Shown one piece after another: positions 1 through 9,251 of a stretch of 64,000 nucleotides of DNA. Origin of the DNA: a virus (lineage: Duplodnaviria > Heunggongvirae > Uroviricota > Caudoviricetes). The stretch spans positions 10,315-74,314 of the IMG/VR virus record IMGVR_UViG_3300010282_000006. One strand, written 5' to 3'. The notes below the pieces were generated by a model. The model saw nothing but the letters and a program-made list of their open reading frames with translations. It made no database searches and had not been told where the DNA came from. The first letter of the stretch is position 1. Each line of letters starts with the position of its first letter. A program made the translations under genes and the position numbers.

Positions 1-339
1 ACGCGAAGAAAATGACGAATCGCGTATTCTGGCATGGTGCGGGCTGCGCGTGGATATTGTGACTGCGTTCGTTCGAGAACGACTTGCTTTTCAAAGATTT
101 TTGGAATCAGCTCGCCGTGGTCACACACACCATCGCCGAGATTCCACACAATCTCGTTATCATAGGTATATCGAACGCCGCTAATCTCTACCGGATTGTT
201 CGGCTCTCTGACCTTACATATGATCGCGTTGAGACGATAATGCGACTCCAAAACGCCGAGCTCACCCGATGAAAGATCCTTGATCTGTTCCGCAGGAACC
301 GCAAAAACATCCAGATCCCCGCGCAGATACAGCTCCAAA

Positions 340-1143
340 TCATGCCGATTCAGTACGATGTTGCTCATTGATTGCCTCCAATCTGGCTTCTGCAACCTCT
401 ACCCACGGCAAACCGTAGTATTGGCTGCTTTTCTTGTCGCATACGCCGTTGTCGATACCGATGTATCGGCGATTCTCAATTTTCGCGGCGAGGAGCGTTG
501 ATCCTGTACCGCAGCAGTTGTCAAGAACCACATCTCTCTCATTTGTATAGGTACGAATGGCATATCTCAGCAGCTCCACAGGCTTTTCCGTGCCGTGGAG
601 CGCCACAGACGGATGCGGCTTGGGAAAGCGCCAGATCGACGCCGGATATTTGAGATTGCTGTCGGACGTTTCGACCAGCTTGTAATTGCCGTAACTGCGA
701 TTGGAATGGATGTCTGCCGCCTGTTTGCCGACCGCGCTGCCTTTGCTGTGATTTTTCTCTCCAAGCTCCATCTGCGGATTGTAGACTGGAGGATTCGCGT
801 AGAACACCATGATGTCTTCATGCTCGCGTAGCGGCATTTTCTTGGCGTTGAGAAAACCGCTTTTGAGCACCTTATCCCAGATGATATTGTACCGATGGAG
901 CTTTTCGTTAGAGAGCATCATGCGCGCCGTAAATTTGTCCTGACCGAAGAGAAGAATTGCGCCGTTCGGCTTGATGATGCGCTCGTACTGCGCCCAAAGA
1001 AGAGTCGGGTCAATCACGACATCCCATTTGTTGCGGCTCAGTCCGTACGGCAAGTCGCAGAGGATCATGTCGACACTCTCAGAAGCGACATCCTTCATCA
1101 CCTCAAGGCAATCGCCGAATACAACGGCGTTTGGCGTGATCAT
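340..1143 (-). CDS. DNA methyltransferase, beta-class N6-adenine/N4-cytosine type (DLPYG motif IV, C-terminal CCGTGST SAM motif)
   Basis: 267 aa ORF; motif IV-like CDLPYG near N-terminus and FxGxG-like DNCCGTGST near C-terminus is the beta-class order. Confidence 0.75.
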   Translation of the reverse strand: MITPNAVVFGDCLEVMKDVASESVDMILCDLPYGLSRNKWDVVIDPTLLWAQYERIIKPNGAILLFGQDKFTARMMLSNEKLHRYNIIWDKVLKSGFLNAKKMPLREHEDIMVFYANPPVYNPQMELGEKNHSKGSAVGKQAADIHSNRSYGNYKLVETSDSNLKYPASIWRFPKPHPSVALHGTEKPVELLRYAIRTYTNERDVVLDNCCGTGSTLLAAKIENRRYIGIDNGVCDKKSSQYYGLPWVEVAEARLEAINEQHRTESA

Positions 1144-1475
1144 CCGTCGCTCACCGCCTTTTGTTCGTCAGCGAGGCGCTGGTTGATACGGTCGCAGGTC
1201 TCACAGTAGCCAAGAAGAGCGCGACGCAGCTCCTCCTTTTCCGCATCGTTCATCTTTTTGATGGTTTTTCCAATCTCAATGAGAATGGTGTTCGCATCCA
1301 TCGCGCTTACTTCTTCGGTGTTCGGGAAAAAGTCGGACGCCGGTTTGTTCATCCACTCATGGAAGGCCGCCTCCTGCTTTTCGTCCATCGGAACACCCAT
1401 CAAGCCCATAAGCGTCGCTTCAAAGAGGTCTTGCGGAAGCGTTTGGAGATATTCAAAGACTGTCACATCTATCAC
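1140..1475 (-). CDS. hypothetical phage protein
   Basis: 111 aa ORF, 4-nt overlap with flanking genes in the same operon. Confidence 0.45.
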   Translation of the reverse strand: MIDVTVFEYLQTLPQDLFEATLMGLMGVPMDEKQEAAFHEWMNKPASDFFPNTEEVSAMDANTILIEIGKTIKKMNDAEKEELRRALLGYCETCDRINQRLADEQKAVSDG

Positions 1476-2008
1476 CTCGTTCCAGTCGAGCCAAAGCCGC
1501 CGCGATCGCTGTTGCCGAGAGATTCGACCTCCTCAAAAGCCAGCGTCGGCTGGTGCTCGATGATGCGGAACTGGCAGATACGGTCGCCCGCGTGGATCTC
1601 CGTGTCGCGATCCGCGACGGCGGGGAAGCGCCACTGGTCGTTGTCGCCGCAGTATTTCTCGTCGATAACGCCGATGCTGTTTGCCTGTCTGACGCCGAAA
1701 TTCTTGTAGGTGGAGGAGCGCGGCGCGACGATAGCTTCGTATCCTTCGGGAAGCTGCATGGCGACGCCGAGTGGGATCAGCTTAGATTCTCCGGCCTTCA
1801 TGGTTACGTCCTCCGCTGCAGCGAGGTCAATCCAGTCGGACTTTCCGCCGACGTAACAGAGCTTGGGAATTTTGTCGGAGAAATAGCGGATGCGGATGGT
1901 CTCGTCCGGCTGATCGTCTGGGTATGTCATGATGCTGTGACTCGACGAATCGACATCGCCGGCGTCGTTGTAATGCTTGTAAGTTGTTTCAATCGTTGCA
2001 AATCCCAT
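1472..2008 (-). CDS. dut: dUTP diphosphatase (dUTPase)
   Basis: 178 aa; C-terminal RGGFGSTG motif 5 and overall dUTPase-like sequence. Confidence 0.8.
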   Translation of the reverse strand: MGFATIETTYKHYNDAGDVDSSSHSIMTYPDDQPDETIRIRYFSDKIPKLCYVGGKSDWIDLAAAEDVTMKAGESKLIPLGVAMQLPEGYEAIVAPRSSTYKNFGVRQANSIGVIDEKYCGDNDQWRFPAVADRDTEIHAGDRICQFRIIEHQPTLAFEEVESLGNSDRGGFGSTGTR

Positions 2009-2102
2009 TTTCGTGTTTCCTTTCTGAAATGTGAATCTTTTGAAAATCTTCGCTCAAAATCCGTGCTCGGAGCGGCGGCGTTTATTCGCCGCCGCTTTCC
2101 TG

Positions 2103-2579
2103 TTATAGAGCACGCGCAAATTGATTGTCAGATGCAAGCGTAACGCCAAGTAAATCGTCGTATCGTGTTGGACGGTTCGGGATATAGCGCCCAAACTTCA
2201 CAATGACATGCTTACCACGCAAAGCATCGAGCTTGTCTTTGATTTCTTCGGGATAATAGCCTGTGTAGATGACAAACGGACTTTCCGCGTCGTCCGCACG
2301 AAGCAAGGAGAGAAGATGATATAGCTCGTCGAATTGAAGCATTGGCTCCAAACCACCGACGACGATAGCCGTTGTGATTGGGTTGGACAGATACATCTTC
2401 ACAAGCGTTTCGTCCGATATGTCGCGGATTGGCGACTGCATGAGCGGACTATTCTGGCACAGCGCAACACTGTGTCCGGCTTCCGTGCAGCACTTCCAGT
2501 CACAAACAGCGCTTGCGATGAACATGGACGGGCGCTTATAATTACAGAAGTCCTCTGCAACAAAACCACGCAGCTTCAT
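2103..2579 (-). CDS. nrdG: anaerobic ribonucleotide reductase activating protein (small NrdG type)
   Basis: 158 aa directly downstream of nrdD; VVGGLEP, FVIYTGYYPEE and C-terminal DLLGVTLASDNQ segments resemble NrdG; Cys cluster is non-canonical (CDWKCC). Confidence 0.65.
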   Translation of the reverse strand: MKLRGFVAEDFCNYKRPSMFIASAVCDWKCCTEAGHSVALCQNSPLMQSPIRDISDETLVKMYLSNPITTAIVVGGLEPMLQFDELYHLLSLLRADDAESPFVIYTGYYPEEIKDKLDALRGKHVIVKFGRYIPNRPTRYDDLLGVTLASDNQFARAL

Positions 2580-4591
2580 TACATCATCCCGTCCTTCTGG
2601 AGCACGTTAAACCAACGGCGTCTGTCGAACTCACGCTTGCGAATTTTCTGGTAGCTGCTGACGGGGACATAAAAGCCGACGACGCGAGCGTAGGTGTCGG
2701 CAACGGGCTTGCCACAGTTGGGGCATGTCGCCGTACCGATAAAGGCGTGCTTATCCTCGCAGACAGAAATCTTCGTTGTGAAAGCGAAGTATATAACGCC
2801 CATTGCCGCGACATAGTTGAGCATATCCCATGCGGATTCTTTATCAGGGAAACGGTTTTCGATGTTGATGTGTGCAATGCAGCCGCCGCCACACTTGGCG
2901 TCAAACAGACTGCCAAGCCTGCACTTCTCCTGAATGGTGCATTTCTCCATCAGCGGAATCCACTGATTAGAGTAGATGAAATACTTGTCCTGCTCATAGA
3001 GGAGGTTGTCAGCCTGACAAATGACACCTGCGCAATTTTCAGCCGGAATCATCTCCACATTGAACGAAAAATCGCAGTCGAAACTGTCCTTTACTTTGTT
3101 TATCGTATCAAGGATCTTGGTGGCAAACCTGACAGCCTCATCGGAATAGCTTTTGTTCCCGACCTCATCCGTGTCAATCAGTCCGAAAAGATCCATAACC
3201 TCATACATCCCGATGCCGCCGATCGTGCAGAACTGTTTGTCCAGCTCAACTGCGCCATCCTGATAGTTCGGCAGCAAACCCTTTTCGATGTTGCGCTTGA
3301 TGATGTGGCGCATGGAAGTAAGCGCCTTGCAGTCGAGGAGAACACGCTTTTTCAGAATCTTGATGTATTCTGCCTGATCGAAATTGCTCTCGTAGGCAAT
3401 TCGGACAAGGTTGATGGTGCTGACACGGCAGGAGCCGACGGATAGCGCCGTACCGCCGATGCTGTTGATGAAGGCGTCGAGCTTTTTGGTGTCGCTGAGG
3501 AGACGGCAGCAGTTGGAAAGCACGCCGACATTATCACTACAGAAGAAATTGCTGTCAGACCAGTCAATGTTGTGATCAGAGCACCAACGCGCAAACGGCA
3601 CGTCAACAAACACGTCCCATTCGCGTGTCTTGATCATTTCGGCGACTTTCTCCGGCGTAAGCGGTTTCTTGAGCAATGAATATGTGAGCACCGGATAGGT
3701 GAACATATTTACAACGCGAATTTCGCTGACGACCTCCATAAACACCTTCTGACATTCCACCAGTTCATCAATGTGGTCGATGGCAAACGTACCGTCAGGG
3801 AAGACCACGCCGCCGAACAGGGACTCCATGTACGGATGGTCGAAGATAGAAATGTTGGTAAATGAACTCTGATCCACGCGCAGAAACGGCTGGTTCAAAC
3901 GGTAGATCAGCTTTTGGAACTGCTGACGAAGATAGTAGTCCGGATCTTTCATGTAGTATCCGTCCTCAACGTCTTTCTTCCAGAAGTACCATGCCCAAAC
4001 CAGAACATTCGGCATACCAACGGCTCCGCTCTGGCGGTTGGAAAGGAACGACACGAACTCGATCACATCGTCAAAATAGGTTGTAAGGTGCTTCGGTGCC
4101 TGATTGTTGTAGCGCTTTTTGGTGAACACGATCTCTCCGTTTACGTCCTCGAACTGACCGTTGAGGAAGAACAGCCCTTCCTCGGCGAGTCGTGTGAAAT
4201 CGTTAGCCCAACAATACGGGAAGTAACTTGCTGTTGCGCTGTCGTTGAGATAGAAACCTTTGGAAAACTCTTGCTCCAGCCATTCCTTTGCCGTACGCAA
4301 GCCCCAGCGCTTCTTGGTCTCGTAGAAAATCTTATTGAGGCCGAATAACTTATCTTCGCTCTTCCCTTTTTCCGTCATGAAACTGCGAATGTCCTTGTGA
4401 TTTGCATTTGCGTTCGGATCAATGCTCGCGTCGGCAAGCGTATCCTTGTCGACGAAATTTTCGATGAACTCCGAAAAATCCAACTGGCTCGGATGGATGC
4501 CGTTTAGATATTCAAAATCCTCGCCATATTTCTTTTTCAGGTCTTCCAAGCACCGTTCAAAGTCCTTGGAAAGTTTCAGCTCAATGTTCAT
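2579..4591 (-). CDS. nrdD: anaerobic ribonucleoside-triphosphate reductase (class III RNR)
   Basis: 670 aa; C-terminal zinc ribbon CPNCG and glycyl-radical motif RVVGFYVP. Confidence 0.9.
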   Translation of the reverse strand: MNIELKLSKDFERCLEDLKKKYGEDFEYLNGIHPSQLDFSEFIENFVDKDTLADASIDPNANANHKDIRSFMTEKGKSEDKLFGLNKIFYETKKRWGLRTAKEWLEQEFSKGFYLNDSATASYFPYCWANDFTRLAEEGLFFLNGQFEDVNGEIVFTKKRYNNQAPKHLTTYFDDVIEFVSFLSNRQSGAVGMPNVLVWAWYFWKKDVEDGYYMKDPDYYLRQQFQKLIYRLNQPFLRVDQSSFTNISIFDHPYMESLFGGVVFPDGTFAIDHIDELVECQKVFMEVVSEIRVVNMFTYPVLTYSLLKKPLTPEKVAEMIKTREWDVFVDVPFARWCSDHNIDWSDSNFFCSDNVGVLSNCCRLLSDTKKLDAFINSIGGTALSVGSCRVSTINLVRIAYESNFDQAEYIKILKKRVLLDCKALTSMRHIIKRNIEKGLLPNYQDGAVELDKQFCTIGGIGMYEVMDLFGLIDTDEVGNKSYSDEAVRFATKILDTINKVKDSFDCDFSFNVEMIPAENCAGVICQADNLLYEQDKYFIYSNQWIPLMEKCTIQEKCRLGSLFDAKCGGGCIAHINIENRFPDKESAWDMLNYVAAMGVIYFAFTTKISVCEDKHAFIGTATCPNCGKPVADTYARVVGFYVPVSSYQKIRKREFDRRRWFNVLQKDGMM

Positions 4592-4601
4592 GCCCGCCCT
4601 C

Positions 4602-4805
4602 CTACTTCAAATTATTCAACCAGTTGTTCGCCGCGACGAAATCAAGCAGCGTGCCATCGTCAAGGCGAAGTGCCGGCGACGAGCTCAGACCAAGCGCCAG
4701 CATCTCGTCGACATCCGTGTTGACCTCGAACGAGACACCCATCTGCGTCATTTTCATCTCAAGCATCTTGCATTTCGGGCAGTTGGTCGAAAAAAGCGTG
4801 ATCAT
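4602..4805 (-). CDS. glutaredoxin/NrdH-like thioredoxin-fold protein
   Basis: 67 aa with CPKC redox motif, adjacent to nrdD. Confidence 0.55.
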   Translation of the reverse strand: MITLFSTNCPKCKMLEMKMTQMGVSFEVNTDVDEMLALGLSSSPALRLDDGTLLDFVAANNWLNNLK

Positions 4806-4808
4806 ATC

Positions 4809-5081
4809 CTATCCCTCCTTTTCTTGCGGCATGGCTTTTGCTATGACACATCCGCCTCTGCCGATATTTTTTGAATTGCGCACATCCCAAGCTGCGCCGC
4901 CATCTTTCAAAAGGACTTGAAGCGCTGCTTTGAACACTTCTGCGATATCCGCATCGGATTTGCTCAGTATTGCATACATGTTGCAAGCGAGGGCGGCGAA
5001 CTCAGCAGCAATATGCAGCGAGTCGCCGGTTGCCTCTAATTGCGGGATGTAACCGTCGTCATTGATTTCCGCATGAATCAT
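4809..5081 (-). CDS. hypothetical protein (start moved to internal ATG overlapping upstream stop, ATGA)
   Basis: ORF 4809..5129 trimmed to ATG at 5081 that overlaps stop of upstream gene. Confidence 0.35.
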   Translation of the reverse strand: MIHAEINDDGYIPQLEATGDSLHIAAEFAALACNMYAILSKSDADIAEVFKAALQVLLKDGGAAWDVRNSKNIGRGGCVIAKAMPQEKEG

Positions 5082-5647
5082 GCCAGCGCCTCCGCAAGCC
5101 GTGTGATTTTGCCGTAAAGCTCCTCCCACGTCCGAACGCGGATCAAGCCGGCGCGGTGTTCGTCATAGTCGCGGTTGTGCGGGCGATCAAACAGAAAGAG
5201 ATGCGGTACGTTAGGAATAGCCGCCACAAGGTTGTGCGTGCCGTCGTCGATCATAACGTCCCCATACACGATCCCCTTGTCACTCGCAATGATGACATCC
5301 TCCCACTTGAACATCGGAAACAGTTCCAGAAAACGCTTGATTTTTGCCGGAACAGTTGCCGGATGCGTTGCAGTAAGGACGCGGACTTTGTGACCATCCA
5401 GCATGAGACGCTGAATGTATGTCGCCGAGTTTGCAATCGGAAGAATCCGCTGCCAGATGTTGTCATTGTGCAAGGGGGCAAAGACCTGATCAGACGTAAG
5501 ACCGGGGAAGAACTTCGCGATCTCCCAATCGGTAACATCGCGCGGCATGACATGTGTTCCGTAACAGCGGTTCAGCTCCGCAATCCATAGCCCGCACAGA
5601 TCCCATAGGACATCATCAAGATCAGTGAAAATTGTCAAAGATTTCAT
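5078..5647 (-). CDS. 5'(3')-deoxyribonucleotidase, HAD superfamily
   Basis: 189 aa; N-terminal DLDDVL HAD motif I and overall similarity to NT5C-type nucleotidases. Confidence 0.7.
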   Translation of the reverse strand: MKSLTIFTDLDDVLWDLCGLWIAELNRCYGTHVMPRDVTDWEIAKFFPGLTSDQVFAPLHNDNIWQRILPIANSATYIQRLMLDGHKVRVLTATHPATVPAKIKRFLELFPMFKWEDVIIASDKGIVYGDVMIDDGTHNLVAAIPNVPHLFLFDRPHNRDYDEHRAGLIRVRTWEELYGKITRLAEALA

Positions 5648-6177
5648 ACAATGCCCTCCGCATAGACAGCGTACTCGATTGCGTGCTTGAGCTGATCGAG
5701 TGTGCCGCCGTTTGTAATAACGGCATCGAAAGGATAGCCGTCAAGCGCGGTTTCGGAAGCATGCGCTTTTTGATCAGGAGTAAGCCCATTGTCAAACCCA
5801 GGACGTTCCACGCGGATCAGCGTGGCTTCAAACCCGTAGTCCTTGAAAATTTCATACTCGTTGGGAAAACGGCAGTCAGGGATCAGCACATAATCCCACT
5901 CGCCGTTGAAGAAGGTGAGCATCGAAACGACGAAATTCACCCAGAAATCCGGCGATTGTGCGCGAACGCGCTCCGTACCGACGTACTGAAGCAGCGTGCG
6001 GCCTGCCTCATCTTTCTTGCCGTTCCAGCCGAAATACTTTTCGGCGACAAATTTCACAGCGTCGCCGAAATGCGCGATCAGCACCTTCTTGCCCTGCGCC
6101 TCTAAAACCTCCTTGAGGAATCCGGCAGTCGTGTCCTTTCCGTGTTGCGCCTTTGCGCTGATGCAGACGATTTTCAT
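5644..6177 (-). CDS. deoxynucleoside monophosphate kinase (phage T4 gp1-like)
   Basis: 177 aa; P-loop SAKAQHGKDT; position in nucleotide-metabolism operon. Confidence 0.65.
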   Translation of the reverse strand: MKIVCISAKAQHGKDTTAGFLKEVLEAQGKKVLIAHFGDAVKFVAEKYFGWNGKKDEAGRTLLQYVGTERVRAQSPDFWVNFVVSMLTFFNGEWDYVLIPDCRFPNEYEIFKDYGFEATLIRVERPGFDNGLTPDQKAHASETALDGYPFDAVITNGGTLDQLKHAIEYAVYAEGIV

Positions 6178-6881
6178 ACAACGTACTCCTTTCGCAGGCA
6201 GTCAATGGTCTCCTCATCGACCTCGATGTCGTCGAACAGAACGGGGATCTGCTTCTTGAACGCCATGAGGAGCAGAATGGCAATCTCGCGCATCTGCGGG
6301 TGAGCCGCCTTTCCGGTGCGGAGCTTGAAGAAGTGCCGCCACTCGCGGATATTCATGGTGATGCAGATTTCCGTCTTCGTGGAGTTGTTCAGAACAGAAC
6401 GCGCGATTTGCGGCGACGCGCCAAGCTCCAACATGCGGAGGTAATGGCGCTCGGCGTCGCGGCACGCATCCCACCACTCCTCATAGATTGCATCAAACAG
6501 TTCTTCGGTCAGCTTTGACTCGCGCATCTTGGGATCGAGTCTCATGCCGCCCATAATGTCGATGTAGGTGATGCCGCCGCCGAACTTTTCCTTGCCGTAG
6601 TTGCAGTAGCGCGTGCTCTCCTGCGCGTAGCTCGCGATCCGGTGGCGGACTTCCTCATGCGAAACGCCGCGATCGTTTGTGAGGCGGACGGTAACGTTGA
6701 AATGCTCAATGACTGCCTCGTGGCCGCGCGTCAAGATGTCTTTGACGAAGCGAATGCAGGAATCGTCCGTTATCCTGTCCTCAGACTTGTAACACGTTCT
6801 GCCGACCCTCTCGATCTGCCTGAGAATTTCCATGCCGTCAATATCCGACATGATTTCAAATTTTGGCTTGATGATTCTCAT
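6174..6881 (-). CDS. thyX: FAD-dependent thymidylate synthase ThyX
   Basis: 235 aa; ThyX signature RHRIASYAQESTRY (RHRxxSxxxxSxR). Confidence 0.85.
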   Translation of the reverse strand: MRIIKPKFEIMSDIDGMEILRQIERVGRTCYKSEDRITDDSCIRFVKDILTRGHEAVIEHFNVTVRLTNDRGVSHEEVRHRIASYAQESTRYCNYGKEKFGGGITYIDIMGGMRLDPKMRESKLTEELFDAIYEEWWDACRDAERHYLRMLELGASPQIARSVLNNSTKTEICITMNIREWRHFFKLRTGKAAHPQMREIAILLLMAFKKQIPVLFDDIEVDEETIDCLRKEYVV

Positions 6882-6893
6882 AGATACCTCCTG

Positions 6894-6915
6894 TATAAAT
6901 TATTGTCGAGCTAAT
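6894..6915 (-). promoter_or_regulatory. upstream motif 1 (minus-strand sense ATTAGCRCGACAATAATTTAT, 4-8 nt before GGAGG RBS) in front of thyX
   Basis: one of 6 copies (also 15761-15781, 20641-20666, 25614-25636, 25677-25700, 32931-32954). Confidence 0.45.
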
Positions 6916-7534
6916 TGGAAGCATAGAAATTGTGATTGCCGATTGTGCAGACGTAGCGTAGACTGTTATGAAAGCGAGAGCTTGTTCCGACCGAACAGAA
7001 ATACTCGATCGTGTCGGCAACTGCGCTCTCTCCCTGACCGAAAACCAGCAAACAAACCTCGTTGACGGTCTCCATGTTGTCGGTGCAATCCTTTGAAACG
7101 GGAGAAGCATACTGACCGGAAACTTTGACGACCTGCTCCGGCGTCTGACCGGTACGCTCTGCGGTTGTTCGGATGCACTGAGCAACCGCCATGATTCCTT
7201 CATACGGCTCGCCGCGAGCCTCGGCACCGACAACGCGCACGACGTAATCAAAGTCGTATCCCCACTCTTCAAGACTTGGGTAGACGCTTTCTCCAACATC
7301 GTTGACTGCGGAAGTATCCAATTTGTCCTGCAACTCATAAAGCAAGTCGGCAAGAATTGCGTTATTCTTTTGCATCACTTCGTATTCGCCCTGTATGAGA
7401 CTAAGCTCGTCGCTTAGGCGGGTTGCCTTAGCGTAATACACACTGGCAATAATGACGAAAAGTATGCAAAAGAATAGGGAGAATACACATGTAGCATTTA
7501 CGATGGCGCGCAAATACCTTTCTCTGGTTTTCAT
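6911..7534 (-). CDS. cell wall hydrolase, SleB/Hydrolase_2-like with N-terminal TM helix
   Basis: 207 aa; hydrophobic N-terminus; VVGAEARGEPYEGIMAVAQCI resembles the conserved SleB-family core. Confidence 0.55.
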   Translation of the reverse strand: MKTRERYLRAIVNATCVFSLFFCILFVIIASVYYAKATRLSDELSLIQGEYEVMQKNNAILADLLYELQDKLDTSAVNDVGESVYPSLEEWGYDFDYVVRVVGAEARGEPYEGIMAVAQCIRTTAERTGQTPEQVVKVSGQYASPVSKDCTDNMETVNEVCLLVFGQGESAVADTIEYFCSVGTSSRFHNSLRYVCTIGNHNFYASN

Positions 7535-7552
7535 GGTGCTTTTGCTTCCTCC

Positions 7553-8476
7553 TTAAATGACGAGATCATAGTCGTTGAGATACCAGAACCCCGCTTTGTT
7601 TTTCTCAACCGACTTGGCGGCGATTACGTCTAGTTTTTTGAGCGGTTGTTTTTTGAAGTTTGACGCACGGAGCGTCAGGCGTGCAGTTTTTCCGCTTCCG
7701 ATGGATCTTGTCTGGATCGCGTACCCCCAAATCGAATTGTCCTTCTTGCTGCGAAGCGGGTAGACGTCCATAATGATGAGCTTTCTGCGGTCTTTTTCGT
7801 CGCCGGTCGTCAGATCGACATAACCGAGGTTTTCGAGCTGATCCTGCATCTTGCTCTTGAAGTCAAAATCCTCCAAGTGAAGCCCTTTGACCGTTTCTTC
7901 CAGCTCGGCAAGCAGGCCGTCCATATCGGTGATCGTGTAAGACTTAGCCGCTTCGCCATTTTTTGAGACGTCGGTGGCATGACGGGAAACGATCTGTGCA
8001 AGCTCGGCGTTGAGCTTCTCTTTGGCAACCTTTTTTGCGGTTCCGCATTTGAAAAACTCAAACAGCTCGACCATGCGCAGCAGTTCGCGCGCATTACCGT
8101 ATGCGGAAAAATAGTCGAGACAGATGAGAATACCGCGTTGTCGCGTATCAAGCTGTGTTTCAGCATCCATAATCCGCAGCAACTCCATAAAAGAGTCAAT
8201 CTTCCGTCCATGGGACAGTTCGTAAAGCTGATTGGCGACGGCGGCATTGAGGTACTTAACCGACGCAATGCCTTTGGAAATAATATTGTCATCCTTGTCG
8301 AACAGGTACTTGTCCTTTGATTTGCCGAATCGCGGCGGGACGATCTTGATGCCATAGACGGCAGCGAGCTCATTGCCGCTTTTAACATCCTCTTCTCCAT
8401 TGGCGTTGTTGAGATAGGCCGTAATGAACTCGTACGGATGGTAGTAGCGGAGGTAGGCGCAGAGATAGCCGATCAT
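7553..8476 (-). CDS. dnaE: DNA polymerase III alpha (DnaE-type) C-terminal segment, separated from the N-terminal segment by an HNH-endonuclease insertion
   Basis: 307 aa starting MIGYLCAYLRYYHPYEF, matching the region just after the FNKSH fingers motif of DnaE. Confidence 0.65.
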   Translation of the reverse strand: MIGYLCAYLRYYHPYEFITAYLNNANGEEDVKSGNELAAVYGIKIVPPRFGKSKDKYLFDKDDNIISKGIASVKYLNAAVANQLYELSHGRKIDSFMELLRIMDAETQLDTRQRGILICLDYFSAYGNARELLRMVELFEFFKCGTAKKVAKEKLNAELAQIVSRHATDVSKNGEAAKSYTITDMDGLLAELEETVKGLHLEDFDFKSKMQDQLENLGYVDLTTGDEKDRRKLIIMDVYPLRSKKDNSIWGYAIQTRSIGSGKTARLTLRASNFKKQPLKKLDVIAAKSVEKNKAGFWYLNDYDLVI

Positions 8477-9251
8477 GCAGTAACCGATCGAATGATTATC
8501 GCGTAGTCCGCCATTACTGGCGGGGCAGACTATATCTTCCGCTCAAATGAGCGGTCTTTGCGCTTCCACGGGCAGCTCATCCTCCCGTGTACTCCCTGTT
8601 GGGATAGTCGTTTGACTTTCAGATTGTTTCTTCCAGACAAATCCAAACGCTTGCTTTGTTCTTCCGTTGAGACAATGCGAAATCGCGCCATGCGAGCATC
8701 CAGTCGCCCGTTCTGCTTCCATCGAGGAGCGATACGATGCTATGTATTCGCCGTCAAGTGTAAACTGGTCAATCGCATTTCCGCGCGGAGAGCGCAGACC
8801 GTGAACAAGGGCGTGTTCGTTGTTTTCGCCGTATGACGCCCACTCAAGATTGCTTGACCTATTGTTGCGTTTGTTGCCGTCTTTATGGTTGACGGTCGGA
8901 AGATTGTCTGGATTTGGAATGAACGCGGTCGCCACGAGGATATGAACAGGAACTACCCACGAAGTATGATTTTTCCTCAGATTTACCACAAAGTAGCCGT
9001 CTTTGCGGTTTTTCCCAACGCTTTTCGTGAGCTTCATCGGAGCACCATTCAAAAAGCGCGTTACTCCGTTGGAGCTTGTGACGAAGCGGTCAACGCTTCT
9101 CACTTCTCCGGCGTCGCTTACCTCGTAATATCCTTCATATCCAACGATTTGCTTCCACATATCATTCTCCAATCCGCTTAGCACAGGATTGCCCTCCATT
9201 TCTGGATAGGGTTTCCCTGTTAGCGCATCTCTTCAACGCCATTTCCTGCGT
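8477..9251 (-). mobile_element. intervening sequence in dnaE carrying an HNH homing endonuclease (candidate group I intron or free-standing HEG insertion)
   Basis: 775 bp between the two dnaE segments; upstream segment ends in a stop, endonuclease ORF has its own RBS and frame. Confidence 0.55.
8543..9199 (-). CDS. HNH homing endonuclease (NUMOD4 + HNH_3 motifs)
   Basis: 218 aa; GYEGYYEVSDAGEVRS (NUMOD4-like) and VNHKDGNKRNNRSSNLEW (HNH). Confidence 0.8.
   Translation of the reverse strand: MEGNPVLSGLENDMWKQIVGYEGYYEVSDAGEVRSVDRFVTSSNGVTRFLNGAPMKLTKSVGKNRKDGYFVVNLRKNHTSWVVPVHILVATAFIPNPDNLPTVNHKDGNKRNNRSSNLEWASYGENNEHALVHGLRSPRGNAIDQFTLDGEYIASYRSSMEAERATGCSHGAISHCLNGRTKQAFGFVWKKQSESQTTIPTGSTREDELPVEAQRPLI

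Noticed and set aside
8477-9251. Intein in DnaE
   Set aside because: The upstream polymerase segment ends in a stop codon and the endonuclease has its own RBS and start in a different arrangement. An intein would be in-frame and lack these, so an intron or split gene is more consistent.
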